A stretch of 64,000 nt of DNA from a virus. The stretch lies in the IMG/VR virus record IMGVR_UViG_3300025853_000043. One strand, given 5' to 3'. Within the stretch, counting starts at the first letter, position 1. The number at the start of each line of letters is the position of its first letter. Shown here in pieces: positions 33,101 to 41,018 of this stretch. The position numbers and the translations under genes are program-made. The notes beneath the pieces were generated by a model. It searched no databases and was not told the DNA's origin. It saw only the letters and a program-made list of their open reading frames with translations.

Positions 33101-35026
33101 CCAGATGCACGTATTCAATCAAGTGGTGTTACACAGCACCAATTGGATATCACAGGTACTGGTGCGCTAAACGCAGGTAGTATTACAAGTGGCTTTGGCA
33201 ACATCAACATTGGTACAAGTATCTTCTCAGGTAATGGTAGTGGATTAACAACGCTAAATGCAAGCAACTTATCAAGTGGTACCGTTGCAGATGCACGTAT
33301 TCAATCAAGCAGTATTACACAACACCAAGGAGATATCACAGGTACTGGCGCACTAAACAGCGGTAGTATTACAAATGGATTTGGTAGCATTGATATTGGT
33401 ACTGACATATTTACTGGTAATGGTAGCGGACTTACAACTCTAAATGCAAGTAACTTGTCAAGCGGTACCGTAAGCGGTAGTAGACTTGGTGGAAATCAGT
33501 CAATGGCAGGTGTAAAAACATTTAGCGACACAACTGCTTCTACAAGTACTACAACAGGTGCAGTAAAAATTGCAGGCGGTTTAGGTGTTGCAGGCGACTT
33601 ATATGCAGGTACACTTAACGGTAATGGTGCCGGATTAACCAGTCTAAATGCTTCTAATTTAGGTAGTGGAACCGTGCCTAACGCACGTATCAGTGGTACA
33701 TACAGCAACATAACTGGTACAGGTGCTCTTAATGCAGGTGAGATTACAAGCGGCTTTGGTAACATCAATATTGGTACAAGTACATTTACTGGTAACGGTA
33801 GTGGATTGACCAGCGTTAATGCTGCTACACTTGATGGCATTGATAGTTTAAGTTTCCTACGTAGTGACCAAGCAGACACAATGACCGGACTACTTACACT
33901 TAATCATGCTGGTAATGAAATGTTACGTATGCAAGATACTGCTGCTGATGGATCGCCATATATTACATGGTATCAAGCAGGAACACGTAGAGGTTACATC
34001 CAATATGTTGACGGCGGTGATAGAATGTATATTGCTAACGAAGGTGGAAGTACTGCTATCGATCTTGACGGAGGTGTTAACGGACTTATCTTTAGAAATG
34101 GCGCAAATGCCTACACCGTTTGGCACAGCGGTAACGATGGTGCAGGTAGCGGACTAAGTGCTGATAACCTAGATGGTATTAGTTCAGGTAGTTTCTTACG
34201 CAGTGATGCTGATGATAGTTTCTCAGGAACACTTAGTGGTGCCGGTGCTATCAATATTACAGGTAACGTAACTGCTAATGCATTTAGTGGTGACGGTAGT
34301 GGACTTACTGGTATTAGTGCAGACGATGCTAATACACTAGACGGTATTGATAGCAGTCAGTTCTTACGTAGCGATCAAAATGACACAATGGATGCAGGAG
34401 TCAACACTACACTAACTATTTTGTCAGACGACACCGGTGCGTCAACTATTCAGTTGTACGGAAACAGCCAAGGTACTGGTAGAGTTTATGTAGGACAAAG
34501 TAGTGCATACGGTGGTGGTATTGAATACAACGGTGATAACTCTCCAGCAACAACTGGCGCTGGTAGTGATTACATCACACTATGGCGTAGAGATAACGGC
34601 ACAGATAGTTGGACAGGTAGAAACCAGTATAACAGCAACAACTGGGAGTTTAGAGGCGAAGTTACAGCGTATGCGTCAGATGCTAGACTCAAAGATGTTA
34701 CAGGCAATATTGATAATGCTATAGAAAAAGTCAAAGCACTAAACGGTGTAATTTATACTTGGAATGATACTGCATATGAAAAAGGTTTAAAAACTTACGC
34801 AGATGATAAAGCACCAGAAGCTGGTTTGCTTGCCCAAGAAGTTCAAAAAGTATTACCAGAAGTAGTTGTACCTGCTCCGTTTGATAAAGAATACCTAACT
34901 ATCAAATATGAGCGTGTTGTACCACTACTTGTTGAAGCAATCAAAGAGCAACAAGCACAGATTGATGCTCAAGCAACGGAGATTGCAGAACTACGTGAAA
35001 TGGTACAAAAACTACTGGATAAATAA
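24173..35026 (+). CDS. Giant tail fibre/spike protein B (3617 aa) with C-terminal intramolecular chaperone (peptidase S74-like)
   Basis: N-terminal IRHKRSAVAGKQP...GELAINTADGK. Beta-helix shared with protein A, 3 KCxRD repeats, HG(F/L)xxG domains, LDGxDSxxFLRSD repeats. C-terminal SDARLKDV...AGLLAQEVQKVLPEVV...YERVVPLLVEAIKEQ. Confidence 0.8.
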   Translation: MATTIRHKRSAVAGKQPLVSQLESGELAINTADGKVYLLRDDNTVQDITKRIFEGNSEVKVDDLGDSTVAQISATVNGNEALTITNAGFNFKNNIDIENAGTLTFRELTASGEDGVTLQPPSTLDAGYTLTLPPNKGSVGQILAVNASGELFFNDADIFGGNVLYVSQEQGDDENDGQSAPVKTVKRACQIASGLVYNSDGSINFRRINIKVAVGDYTEQNPIIVPDNTVIKGDGLRGCIIRPANANLDILRVRNACYFGEFTFRDGVDDNFVPLITGDYCVAFDDPDAVDVTDRNTYPNLPNTKPTITTSPYIQNCSILSFLGLNGAKIDGSKVESPNVPVNQIEAENPVVGAIPEQGKSMVANAFTMLSFGGTGWRLTNDAYAQIVSCFQIFLLNGVYTQSGGYCSITNSATNFGLYALRSSGYSPKAFSFDRSFVTQTGSSEGKQTVSVVGINRDAPVEEFILRFRDPDYKTAHDLLLSNKLSIAEDTVTWINAQIAASSPSIWAGFTYNEDKCRRDTRLLVDSIRYDIIFNSNYRTISSALRYFSGSFTNFADQKDQHIAAFAQAKAYTANILNDATATSRSNALWDEIIDILTNGDANTVPGDAVADAYSFPDPTNYNTSYLVGYGDARDQLQANKQFIIDEITAWIAVQVAAETPPFAGSFTYDAAKCERDVGLIIDALIYDITYGGNLQTKRAAEAYFVGTTAQYGANQKEETIAAYERLRDVIADVILEVAVTKSTGNAQTQDTSNTAGSAASKTFAVARIQEIIDFIDGGGVNEVTTIEPGTDWVSGNNEFEAYNRLNNEGAVNIAQNTTEWINEQIQANIWYGFTYDQSKCQRDTQLIVEAVAKDTWDTGNRYSRSAGLSYYTQNLQDSTRISISGQELQTIAAIDQAAVYANTYITSTSIAVQDFVNTRFGIVTTVINDPNDLPQPTEVSSEGDITNSYKTTPTETTFNAATNVNADTNIFTITSHGFTNGQKLIYDSDGNTPIVGLDNEQTYYVKILDANEFTLTFDESGDFDVDIRAVGANTHKFFSNVIEFFVEEVLSSHQTYQTLILESGAESYNFVPGRQISGTTGANNNSALVYEWEPRDRRLVVSVEEVSVGASTLRVQFDETSIISSDHSPSPNNTISINEVAAKTGLGTATFSITATDGSASLTNLVNLPEKQCWFHRPSIVNSSSHTWEYAGSGTDYNALPQNGGNTKEEFEQFEELPGRVYSSGTNELGDFKVGDFITAFNRTGNITFRNKVQVDELDALRLSLSDVAIEEISTSVNLGDDELGGPSDSRMVTQLAVRSFISNRLGGFVDKSVSTAAVPGAIVQLNTNGQLNPDLIPATRQFTNTNSNGYLSRLLLINTIPATDLKAGDIGTENYEQVELILSGNITAADGATITQPGVDGAIGYAKGSYSASGNILVATIGEAWDANEDSTGDPWEVSAGNLFVNGVDSGVNISSKGVSSEIIDNFFLRSSNSSQYLVLDVDDTYNFTTGVTISNLARTSNVVTVTTSTAHGFKIGNVARVYTSDDETFIQNGEVLTVPTSTSFTIANTGIDVSSFAVTDGKVYTIVTSADGNAQGAVTESRFGVLTNIDNTSITAGSGYLPSGGTLVYKDVPLTANTGVGTGATADITVTAGAVTDVDIATGGSGYAVGDLLSANNSNLGGAGSSFECEVVSVEKRAYVDILGGELFVASASSIDFVEDNDSVDTKKTINLDDTRGFNFLAGTTGGGGAVDYIDYRINIPNHGFTSGDPLKYDTLGNVAIGGLLNGNVYYAKSIDANNIELYEGFSLLNKVEFTSTPANNNHNLTRYVVNVVDNSILVEGHGLTTGDAIRIESLDDGSSANVLPDITGDAITSGSRFFVGSVTTNSFTLHELRSDALSSINDLVTNAKDIDDVGVGSADIIANNVSVQAVVNTSSKTKDNWSTLAVTNIDAENIISGTISPSRLGASGTPNSDTALFGDSGYKVVVQTLKKATTTDNPITLTGSSIGAEFYGDPVNIGIANVDFDALATFSKLGTARFLQTQFDVASDGSGQVFIKDGVVDAGTLDGLDSSYFLNPANLTSLVPVTRGGTAIGTYAIGDILYAQSSGSLNTLNIGRANNFLKSNGTTPEWGTALDLSEGLDVGSAKLSSTSTGTGSLYNENVTSLDIGGAATNIKIGSVDVTRNLLPFIDGYEATISQSVVVNLGSLTANTNDPVANGETEVPMADTSSILVGMLVTGSGSIPANTTVSGVTDDYIYLSANTTGTIFSGTTLTFTYTPFTIGVRDGDTINLNGTTVTNLDGSWPVIGATSIATSFTIRTTSNVTADPNDVVQGTATIDANMVIKTPKVIIGAAEASTSPTNASLEGSDGIGTDVAGGSMTIEAGIGTGNSTGADIIFKTGEVSTTSNNPQTSTERLRIDTSGKATFTGEVEVNNTISTTETTVALLDDTATTINMGGAATTVEIGAATGTTTIHNNVDIDLDLNVDGSDITTNQTGTFNLINTNATTLNIGGAATTINMGTGGDGGGTTTIGHDLVVTGDLTVNGNTTTINSTTLTVDDLNIVIASGAASAAAANGAGLTIDGANVTFTYDSGQDRMDLNEDLNLESGNAFFINDQSVLNATTLGAAVVNSSLQTLGTISTGIWQGTIISPTYGGTGINNGTKTITLGGNLTTSGAFNSTFTMTGATSVTFPTSGTLAITGNPLSQFASTTSAQLRGVLSDETGTGVAVFGTSPTFTTGINAASTTMALFDTTATTLNLARAATSITIGATTGTTNIRHNLNVTGDLDIDGGDLTFSDASINIANTTPTTITMGNAATTFTLGATTGTLTVRNATTTLNGNLNVNGNTIDTDETGTFNLVKDNVTTLAFAQAATEIVVGETKAAADLAGALGEMVVRLDLRTNNDMYIDGDLFVSQINNTPIGNVTPSTGAFTTLAANNFVTFTDATNATGATFATGTAAVKITGGLYVAKDIRADNFIGDMDASYLTSGIIPDARIQSSGVTQHQLDITGTGALNAGSITSGFGNINIGTSIFSGNGSGLTTLNASNLSSGTVADARIQSSSITQHQGDITGTGALNSGSITNGFGSIDIGTDIFTGNGSGLTTLNASNLSSGTVSGSRLGGNQSMAGVKTFSDTTASTSTTTGAVKIAGGLGVAGDLYAGTLNGNGAGLTSLNASNLGSGTVPNARISGTYSNITGTGALNAGEITSGFGNINIGTSTFTGNGSGLTSVNAATLDGIDSLSFLRSDQADTMTGLLTLNHAGNEMLRMQDTAADGSPYITWYQAGTRRGYIQYVDGGDRMYIANEGGSTAIDLDGGVNGLIFRNGANAYTVWHSGNDGAGSGLSADNLDGISSGSFLRSDADDSFSGTLSGAGAINITGNVTANAFSGDGSGLTGISADDANTLDGIDSSQFLRSDQNDTMDAGVNTTLTILSDDTGASTIQLYGNSQGTGRVYVGQSSAYGGGIEYNGDNSPATTGAGSDYITLWRRDNGTDSWTGRNQYNSNNWEFRGEVTAYASDARLKDVTGNIDNAIEKVKALNGVIYTWNDTAYEKGLKTYADDKAPEAGLLAQEVQKVLPEVVVPAPFDKEYLTIKYERVVPLLVEAIKEQQAQIDAQATEIAELREMVQKLLDK
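33104..33830 (+). repeat. 62-aa (186-nt) shaft repeats in fibre B
   Basis: GATGCACGTATTCAATCAAG at 33104 and 33290; third copy near 33680 (GALNAGxITxGFGxIxIGTxxFxGNGSGLT). Confidence 0.8.
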
Positions 35027-35031
35027 AATTA

Positions 35032-35060
35032 AGATAGCCGGATTTTTCGGCTATCTATTT
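35032..35060 (+). terminator. Terminator-like hairpin after fibre B
   Basis: agatagccg...cggctatct 9-bp stem followed by attt. Confidence 0.7.
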
Positions 35061-35087
35061 GACACAATGTAAATAGTATGTTATTAT
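35059..35087 (+). promoter_or_regulatory. Sigma70 promoter with a late-like TGTAAATA in the spacer
   Basis: TTGACA-N17-TATTAT. Confidence 0.65.
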
Positions 35088-35106
35088 AGAGTAAATAGGA
35101 AATAAT

Positions 35107-35286
35107 ATGGCACTACCAGCAACTGGATCTACGATTAGTATGACAAACATCAACAATTATTTTGTTGCTGGTGGTTTTACATCTTCTTTTGTTTTAAGTG
35201 TATTAGGTACATACATCGGAATTTCTGCTGGTACTACAATAAGTATGAGTAGTTCGTTTGGTGGTTATTATTTCCCAGCAACTTAG
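35107..35286 (+). CDS. Small fibre-associated protein (59 aa, absent from the ORF track)
   Basis: MALPATGSTISMTNINNYFVAGGFTSSFVLSVLGTYIGISAGTTISMSSSFGGYYFPAT*; AGGA SD; fills the gap after the fibre gene. Confidence 0.7.
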   Translation: MALPATGSTISMTNINNYFVAGGFTSSFVLSVLGTYIGISAGTTISMSSSFGGYYFPAT

Positions 35287-35294
35287 GAGTTACA

Positions 35295-35675
35295 ATGAAA
35301 TCTTTATACGAAGTGTTAAACATTGATTTAGCACAAGAATATACTAAAACTAGAAAACTAGCAAAATTACAAACACTAGAAATCAGCGATGCTCAACTAG
35401 AAATTGAAGTTAAAAAAGCAATTGATAGCATGGATATTCCAGACGACGACGATCGTTATCATTGGATTCAAAAACTAGGTCACGCAGCAGGTGCAGATTT
35501 GCTTACTATTGGTAAAGTACAACCTGAAAATATGCTTGCAATGGCAGCATTAAATGCTGATGATTTTCAAGAAGCAGTAAAAGTAGCTACAGGTACTGCA
35601 CGTAATTGGAACAAACAAACTATTGAAGCTGAAAAGCAACTAGCAGAAGAATCTATGCCAACAACTATCTTGTAA
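35295..35675 (+). CDS. Hypothetical protein
   Basis: 126-aa ORF, AGGAG SD, coupled to the next gene. Confidence 0.7.
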   Translation: MKSLYEVLNIDLAQEYTKTRKLAKLQTLEISDAQLEIEVKKAIDSMDIPDDDDRYHWIQKLGHAAGADLLTIGKVQPENMLAMAALNADDFQEAVKVATGTARNWNKQTIEAEKQLAEESMPTTIL

Positions 35676-36259
35676 TGAAACTAGCAATTTGTGTTCCAAC
35701 AAGAGACACGGTACATACATTATTTGCAGTAAGTTTGTGTAATCTTACAAACACACTTACAAAAAACAATATAGATTTTAATGTCCATATTGTTGCAGGA
35801 AGTGTAATATGCAATAGTCGAACTAGATTAGCCAAAGAAGCATTAGAAACAGGTGCAACACATTTGCTTTGGTTAGATAGTGATATGGCTTTTGCATCAA
35901 ATGTTGTAGAACAACTACTAAACCACAACAAAGACATAGTGGCTGCAAATTACAGCACACGGTATGCTCCTTATCAAAGTGTTGCTTTTGTAGACCCTGA
36001 CGATATGGATTGTAGATTAAATGCAACCAATGGTTTACATAAAGTTTGGGCTGTAGGCATGGGTTGTATGCTTGTAAAATCACAAGTTTACAAAGATTTA
36101 CCAAAGCCTTGGTTTGATCACGAATATAATAAAAAATTAGACAACTTCAGCGGCGAGGATATATATTTTTGTAATCAGGCGATGCATCACGGTTATGAAG
36201 TATATGTTGATGCAGATGTAAAATTATCGCATATAGGAATAAAGGCAAACACATTATGA
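35675..36259 (+). CDS. GT-A (GT2-like) glycosyltransferase
   Basis: LAICVPTRD, HLLWLDSD (DxD), GMGCMLV, GEDIYFC, SHIG. Confidence 0.75.
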   Translation: MKLAICVPTRDTVHTLFAVSLCNLTNTLTKNNIDFNVHIVAGSVICNSRTRLAKEALETGATHLLWLDSDMAFASNVVEQLLNHNKDIVAANYSTRYAPYQSVAFVDPDDMDCRLNATNGLHKVWAVGMGCMLVKSQVYKDLPKPWFDHEYNKKLDNFSGEDIYFCNQAMHHGYEVYVDADVKLSHIGIKANTL

Positions 36260-38889
36260 CAACAGCTTTTTCAGTTTTTGATAAATTTCAAACTAATCTT
36301 CACAATGGACAAGATTATTTAAAAAATCACATATTTGATAAATTTCCTATTTTATATACAGATAATCCAAATGATTTAACACAAGTTTGGGATAGAAATC
36401 TTGATACTGAATATGTTTGGCTTGTTGATAAAAACATAAAAATTTATGATAGTTTTCCTTGGTTTTTTAGACCAAAGCCTGATGCACAAGTAGCAATTCA
36501 TGCCTATCCATATGTTTATAAAAAAAGTAGAGATGTTAAAGACTGGAACAGAGTAAGATTAGTTCCTACAAAACCAGGAGAATATGAAGTAACTCAACAT
36601 CCTCACATTTGTGGACATTATGATCCATACAAAGGTGTTGACAAGTTTGATATCTTTTACATTGGAAAAAACAAAGACAATTTAAAGCAACTTGAAGAAA
36701 GAGGTTTGAGTATACAGGTTGTTGAAGACTATGAATCTGCTAGACAACAAAGTTATACTGATATGTTTTGGATTGTTTATGATGACACCGTTGTAAGAGA
36801 AACTTTTAAATTTAGTTATACACCTGACGAATGGAGCACAGATTTTGTTCATGTGTTTGGAAATGGTGATATTGATACATTAGATGGAATTGCTCTGTGT
36901 CCAAAAAGTTACAATCCTAGCAAAAAAGAATTAGACAATAGATTTTTTATTAATAAAAAAGAAATAAGAATTTTAGCAAGTAATCCAAGAAAATACGATA
37001 AGTTTGAAATGGACAACTATCAATCATATCTACATATGATGCGTCATAGTACCACAGATTTATTTTGGGGAATTCCTAAGGATATTGTAATTGATGATAA
37101 TTTTAAATTTGATTTTTATATTCCATATCACAATGTTGCAGATAAAAAACAAAATCATGCTTGGCTAAATGGTAACAAATATGACGGAATTTATTTGTTC
37201 AGCAAAGAAGCAATCATTACAGAAAATGAATTTAACTATAGATTTTTAGTTAATAAAATTGAACATGATGTTGTAGCAAGTAAACCAAAAGACTTTGAAA
37301 GATTTACAATCGATACTTACGAACAATATAGAAGTGCAATTGAAAGCTGCGGTACAAGTATGTTTTGGGCTATCCCTAGTGACGTAAAAGTATCACCGGA
37401 TTTTGCTTGGGATGAATATATTAACAATCTTGATAGTTTAGATAGAAGTACTAACCATGTATTTTTAAACGGTGATAGTTACGATGGTATTGTGTTAATG
37501 AACACAAAAGAATTTGTAAATGATAAAGAAATTAGACATAGATTTTATACCAATAAAAAAGAACATGAAGTAATTGCAAGTACACCAAAACCTTACGATA
37601 AATTTACAATTGATACATACGAAGATTACACTACAGCATTGTATCATACAGAATCTGAAATGTTTTGGGGTGTCCCTAGTGATGTTAATGTTGCTGAAGA
37701 TTTTGACTTTAGTTTATATTTTAGCTATCATAATCAATACGATCGTAATATGAATCACGTGTTTTTAAATGGAGAAAATTATGATGGTATTGTTTTATAT
37801 AGTAAAAACTTATTAGTTAGTGAAAAAGAAATTGAACATAGGTTCTACATTAAGAAAAAAGAATGGGAAGTAATTGCAAGTAATCCTAAACCTTTCCCTG
37901 TGTATACAATTAATGATTATGAAGATTATTTGAATGTAAAAAATGAAACTAGTGCTGATATGTTTTATATGATTAATGATAATATAAATTTGAAAGATGA
38001 ATTTAATTTTGATTTGTATATTAGTCATCATAATCAGTACGAACGTAAAATTAATCATGTTTGGAAAAATGGAGAATTTTATGATGGTGTTGCACTTACA
38101 AGTAAACACATCAATTTAAGTCAAAGAGAAATTGATTATAGATTTTATGCTGTAAAAAAAGAATACGAAGAAATTGCAAGTTTACCTGTGCCTTATGATA
38201 TTGTTTTTATTCAAAACGGTGAGCCAAATGCTGACGAAAACTATGCTACACTTTTACAAAGATTTCCCCGTGCTAAACGTGTTCAAAACATCAAAGGTAT
38301 ACACCAAGCACACCAACGAGCAGCAGAACTTGTTGACACTGAAATGTTTTGGGTTGTAGACGCAGATGCAGAAATATTAGAAGAATTTGATTTTAATTAT
38401 TATGTTCCTGCATACGATATTGATGGTAAGGATACCGTACATGTATGGCGTAGTTTCAACCCTGTTAACGGATTGGTATACGGGTATGGTGGAGTTAAAT
38501 TATTGCCAACAAGGCTAACACGTACAATGGATATGACTACAACTGACATGACTACAAGTATCAGTGATAAGTTTAAAAGTATTCCTGCAATGAGTAATGT
38601 TACAAACTTTAATACAGATGCCTATAGTGCATGGCGCAGCGGATTTAGAGAATGCGCAAAGTTAGCAAGTAAAACAATTGCAAGACAGGAAGACGACGAA
38701 ACTGAATTTAGACTTAATGCTTGGTGTACCAGAGGCGACGATAAACCGTTTGGTAGAGCAGCAATTGCTGGTGCAAAAGCAGGTCGAGAATTTGGCGAAA
38801 CTTACAAAGACAATAAAGAAGAATTAGAAAAAATTAACAATTTTCATTGGTTACACGACCAGTTTATAAAATTATATCAATCAACTTAA
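36256..38889 (+). CDS. 877-aa protein of ~7 tandem GT-A-like modules
   Basis: Repeats centred on YVWLVDKN, FWIVYDD, FWGIPKD, FWAIPSD, FWGVPSD, FYMINDN and FWVVDADA; only the last has an intact DxD. Confidence 0.55.
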   Translation: MTTAFSVFDKFQTNLHNGQDYLKNHIFDKFPILYTDNPNDLTQVWDRNLDTEYVWLVDKNIKIYDSFPWFFRPKPDAQVAIHAYPYVYKKSRDVKDWNRVRLVPTKPGEYEVTQHPHICGHYDPYKGVDKFDIFYIGKNKDNLKQLEERGLSIQVVEDYESARQQSYTDMFWIVYDDTVVRETFKFSYTPDEWSTDFVHVFGNGDIDTLDGIALCPKSYNPSKKELDNRFFINKKEIRILASNPRKYDKFEMDNYQSYLHMMRHSTTDLFWGIPKDIVIDDNFKFDFYIPYHNVADKKQNHAWLNGNKYDGIYLFSKEAIITENEFNYRFLVNKIEHDVVASKPKDFERFTIDTYEQYRSAIESCGTSMFWAIPSDVKVSPDFAWDEYINNLDSLDRSTNHVFLNGDSYDGIVLMNTKEFVNDKEIRHRFYTNKKEHEVIASTPKPYDKFTIDTYEDYTTALYHTESEMFWGVPSDVNVAEDFDFSLYFSYHNQYDRNMNHVFLNGENYDGIVLYSKNLLVSEKEIEHRFYIKKKEWEVIASNPKPFPVYTINDYEDYLNVKNETSADMFYMINDNINLKDEFNFDLYISHHNQYERKINHVWKNGEFYDGVALTSKHINLSQREIDYRFYAVKKEYEEIASLPVPYDIVFIQNGEPNADENYATLLQRFPRAKRVQNIKGIHQAHQRAAELVDTEMFWVVDADAEILEEFDFNYYVPAYDIDGKDTVHVWRSFNPVNGLVYGYGGVKLLPTRLTRTMDMTTTDMTTSISDKFKSIPAMSNVTNFNTDAYSAWRSGFRECAKLASKTIARQEDDETEFRLNAWCTRGDDKPFGRAAIAGAKAGREFGETYKDNKEELEKINNFHWLHDQFIKLYQST

Positions 38890-39298
38890 ACAAATCTAAT
38901 AATTTAGTTCTATTTCTTTTAACACGTAATGTATTTTGTAATCCGTGATGCAATGGCTTTGGCCACTTATCAAATGAAGTCCAAGCATATCCATCGTGTT
39001 CTCCGTTTAGCTTAGGCATAAATTCTTCTTGCACTATACACAAATATGTGTGAAAATGGAAGTGTTCGTCATTACTAATAAATGTTTCTAATGGAATAGT
39101 TTTTTTAATATTAGGTATAAAAGATATTTCTTCTTGTATTTCACGTTTCAATCCTTCCCAAGGTGTTTCGGTTCCTTCGTTAGTACCGCCAACTAATCCC
39201 CATAGGTTTTTTGCTTTACCCTGAGTACGATGTAAAAATAAAAAACGTTTTGTTTCTAATGAATAAAATAGTGCACCACTACAAATAATTTTCTGCAT
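38864..39298 (-). CDS. NUDIX hydrolase
   Basis: WGLVGGTNEGTETPWEGLKREIQEEI Nudix box; likely start MQKIICSG at 39298. Confidence 0.85.
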   Translation of the reverse strand: MQKIICSGALFYSLETKRFLFLHRTQGKAKNLWGLVGGTNEGTETPWEGLKREIQEEISFIPNIKKTIPLETFISNDEHFHFHTYLCIVQEEFMPKLNGEHDGYAWTSFDKWPKPLHHGLQNTLRVKRNRTKLLDLFKLIDIIL

Positions 39299-39311
39299 AA
39301 AAATAATTATT

Positions 39312-41018
39312 TTATAATTGTATACGCCATGTTCCTCTTGGATAATATCCATCTACACTGCTTTGCCAATAATATTGATTCCAATAATATTGTTGTCCAT
39401 TATCTAAATTAGTAATATATGTTTTTCCAGATTCACTAGCATCAAAAACAATATTCCATTTTGATCCGTCCCATTCGATAATGTCATTCGCATCTGCTAC
39501 AAAGTCAGAGTTGTCTAAATTTTTCCACGCATCTGCTCCATCTTCGTTTAAGTTTAAGATGTAAACAATTTTGTCATCAACTGATGGCATTTCGTCTAAG
39601 TCTATTACAAACTTATCATCAATATTACGTGACGTTGAAGAAACAGGAATATCATTAATAACAACTTGCCAACTTGTTACCGTGTCTGCTCTGCGTCCAG
39701 GAGTTGACCCTGATGCAGATTCAGCAACATAATAATCTATATCTGTATCAATTCTTGTTGATGCTGTTTCTACGGTAAAGCGTCTTTCAACTTTGAAACC
39801 AATTGGATCTAGTGTAAGTAATCTATAACCAGCAGTTTTTGTAGATGGATTGAATACTTTAGGATTAATAATTTTGTTAATACTTCCTGATGTAGTAACC
39901 GGACCTTCTATAATAGTGTCGCTAGGTAAAGTGTCAACATCCCATATTATATCAATTAGTTTATCATTATCAGCATTTAATGTAAATGTTCCTACAATTT
40001 CATTTATTAATTCAGCACGTTTTAATCTAAGCTGACTAATACCAGGTTGGTATCTTGCTGGCAATTCTGCTTCTAAAATATTAAGCCAACTAATATCTCC
40101 AACACGCAAACTTCTGTTTTTAGCAATTTTACCTGTTTCGTCTTCTACAATTAAGTCAAAATTTCTATAACTTACAACGATAGGATTATTCAAATCAAAT
40201 CTGCCATCTTGTCCTGTTGCTACAATTGTATTCAATCTAATTCCATCTTCGTTTACTAGAGTTCCATCTGGTAATACGGTTACTCCACTTGCTGCCCCAA
40301 CATTGTTATCTGTTGAAGGATTAAATCCTTCTAAACTAATTGTACCTGCGTCTTGGTTAAAAATACTTGTAATAATATCTGTAATGATTCCAAGTTTTTT
40401 AACTTTGACAGGTGGCGAAATGTAAACAGGCGCAGTAAATCCAAGTGTTGCAACATCAATTTCAGTTTCGGTTCCTGTAGGAATAGTTCTATTACTAAAG
40501 TTAATATTTTCTAATTGTAATACGCTTAAACTTGTCCAATCGATATAATTGTCTGTGGTTTGAAATTCTAAGTCAGGATTAAACAACATAAAAATTTGTT
40601 CAAGTATTTGTAGTTTTTGATCAGTACTTGTACTCCAAACATCTACATTGACACTTAATGTATATGGTGTTGGATGCAATCTTTCTACGGTATATCCTTT
40701 TGCTTGTTCGGTTGAATACTCACCTGTGGCAGTATCATAAGCTCTTTCTCTAAGATTAATTTTGCTTACATAACTGCTATCACTTAGTCTAGATCTATCC
40801 ATCTGGAAGCCAGTAATATAAACACCCATACGCGGAGCACTTGGCAGTTTGTTTTCGCTGTTGTCTCTAATTATACTTGCTACTTGTCTAGTTATATCAC
40901 CATACATAACAGGAACTTCACGTAAATCCCCATCAGCATCTTTGTAACTGAATTTACTAAATGCTCTTACAATTTGAGTTATATACCTACGTATTTGTCC
41001 GTCATAAAAATATTGCAT
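39312..41018 (-). CDS. gp15: Tail terminator / sheath stabiliser (T4 gp15-like) with C-terminal extension
   Basis: YFYDGQIRRYITQ, VPVMYG, PSAPRM, PTPYTLSVNVDVWS, QILEQIFMLFNP. Confidence 0.75.
   Translation of the reverse strand: MQYFYDGQIRRYITQIVRAFSKFSYKDADGDLREVPVMYGDITRQVASIIRDNSENKLPSAPRMGVYITGFQMDRSRLSDSSYVSKINLRERAYDTATGEYSTEQAKGYTVERLHPTPYTLSVNVDVWSTSTDQKLQILEQIFMLFNPDLEFQTTDNYIDWTSLSVLQLENINFSNRTIPTGTETEIDVATLGFTAPVYISPPVKVKKLGIITDIITSIFNQDAGTISLEGFNPSTDNNVGAASGVTVLPDGTLVNEDGIRLNTIVATGQDGRFDLNNPIVVSYRNFDLIVEDETGKIAKNRSLRVGDISWLNILEAELPARYQPGISQLRLKRAELINEIVGTFTLNADNDKLIDIIWDVDTLPSDTIIEGPVTTSGSINKIINPKVFNPSTKTAGYRLLTLDPIGFKVERRFTVETASTRIDTDIDYYVAESASGSTPGRRADTVTSWQVVINDIPVSSTSRNIDDKFVIDLDEMPSVDDKIVYILNLNEDGADAWKNLDNSDFVADANDIIEWDGSKWNIVFDASESGKTYITNLDNGQQYYWNQYYWQSSVDGYYPRGTWRIQL

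Noticed and set aside
33104-33830. DNA direct repeats as a possible CRISPR array
   Set aside because: In-frame 186-nt coding repeats with synonymous divergence and no unique spacers.
25600-33879. Several 60-230-aa minus-strand ORFs inside fibre B (similar ones lie in fibre A, sheath, MCP and tape measure)
   Set aside because: Val/Pro/Ser-rich shadows of Thr/Gly-rich sense codons; no independent expression signals.
24173-35026. Possible diversity-generating retroelement target (Mtd-like N-terminus)
   Set aside because: No reverse transcriptase and no template/variable repeat pair differing at adenines in this window; the C-terminus is an S74-like chaperone.
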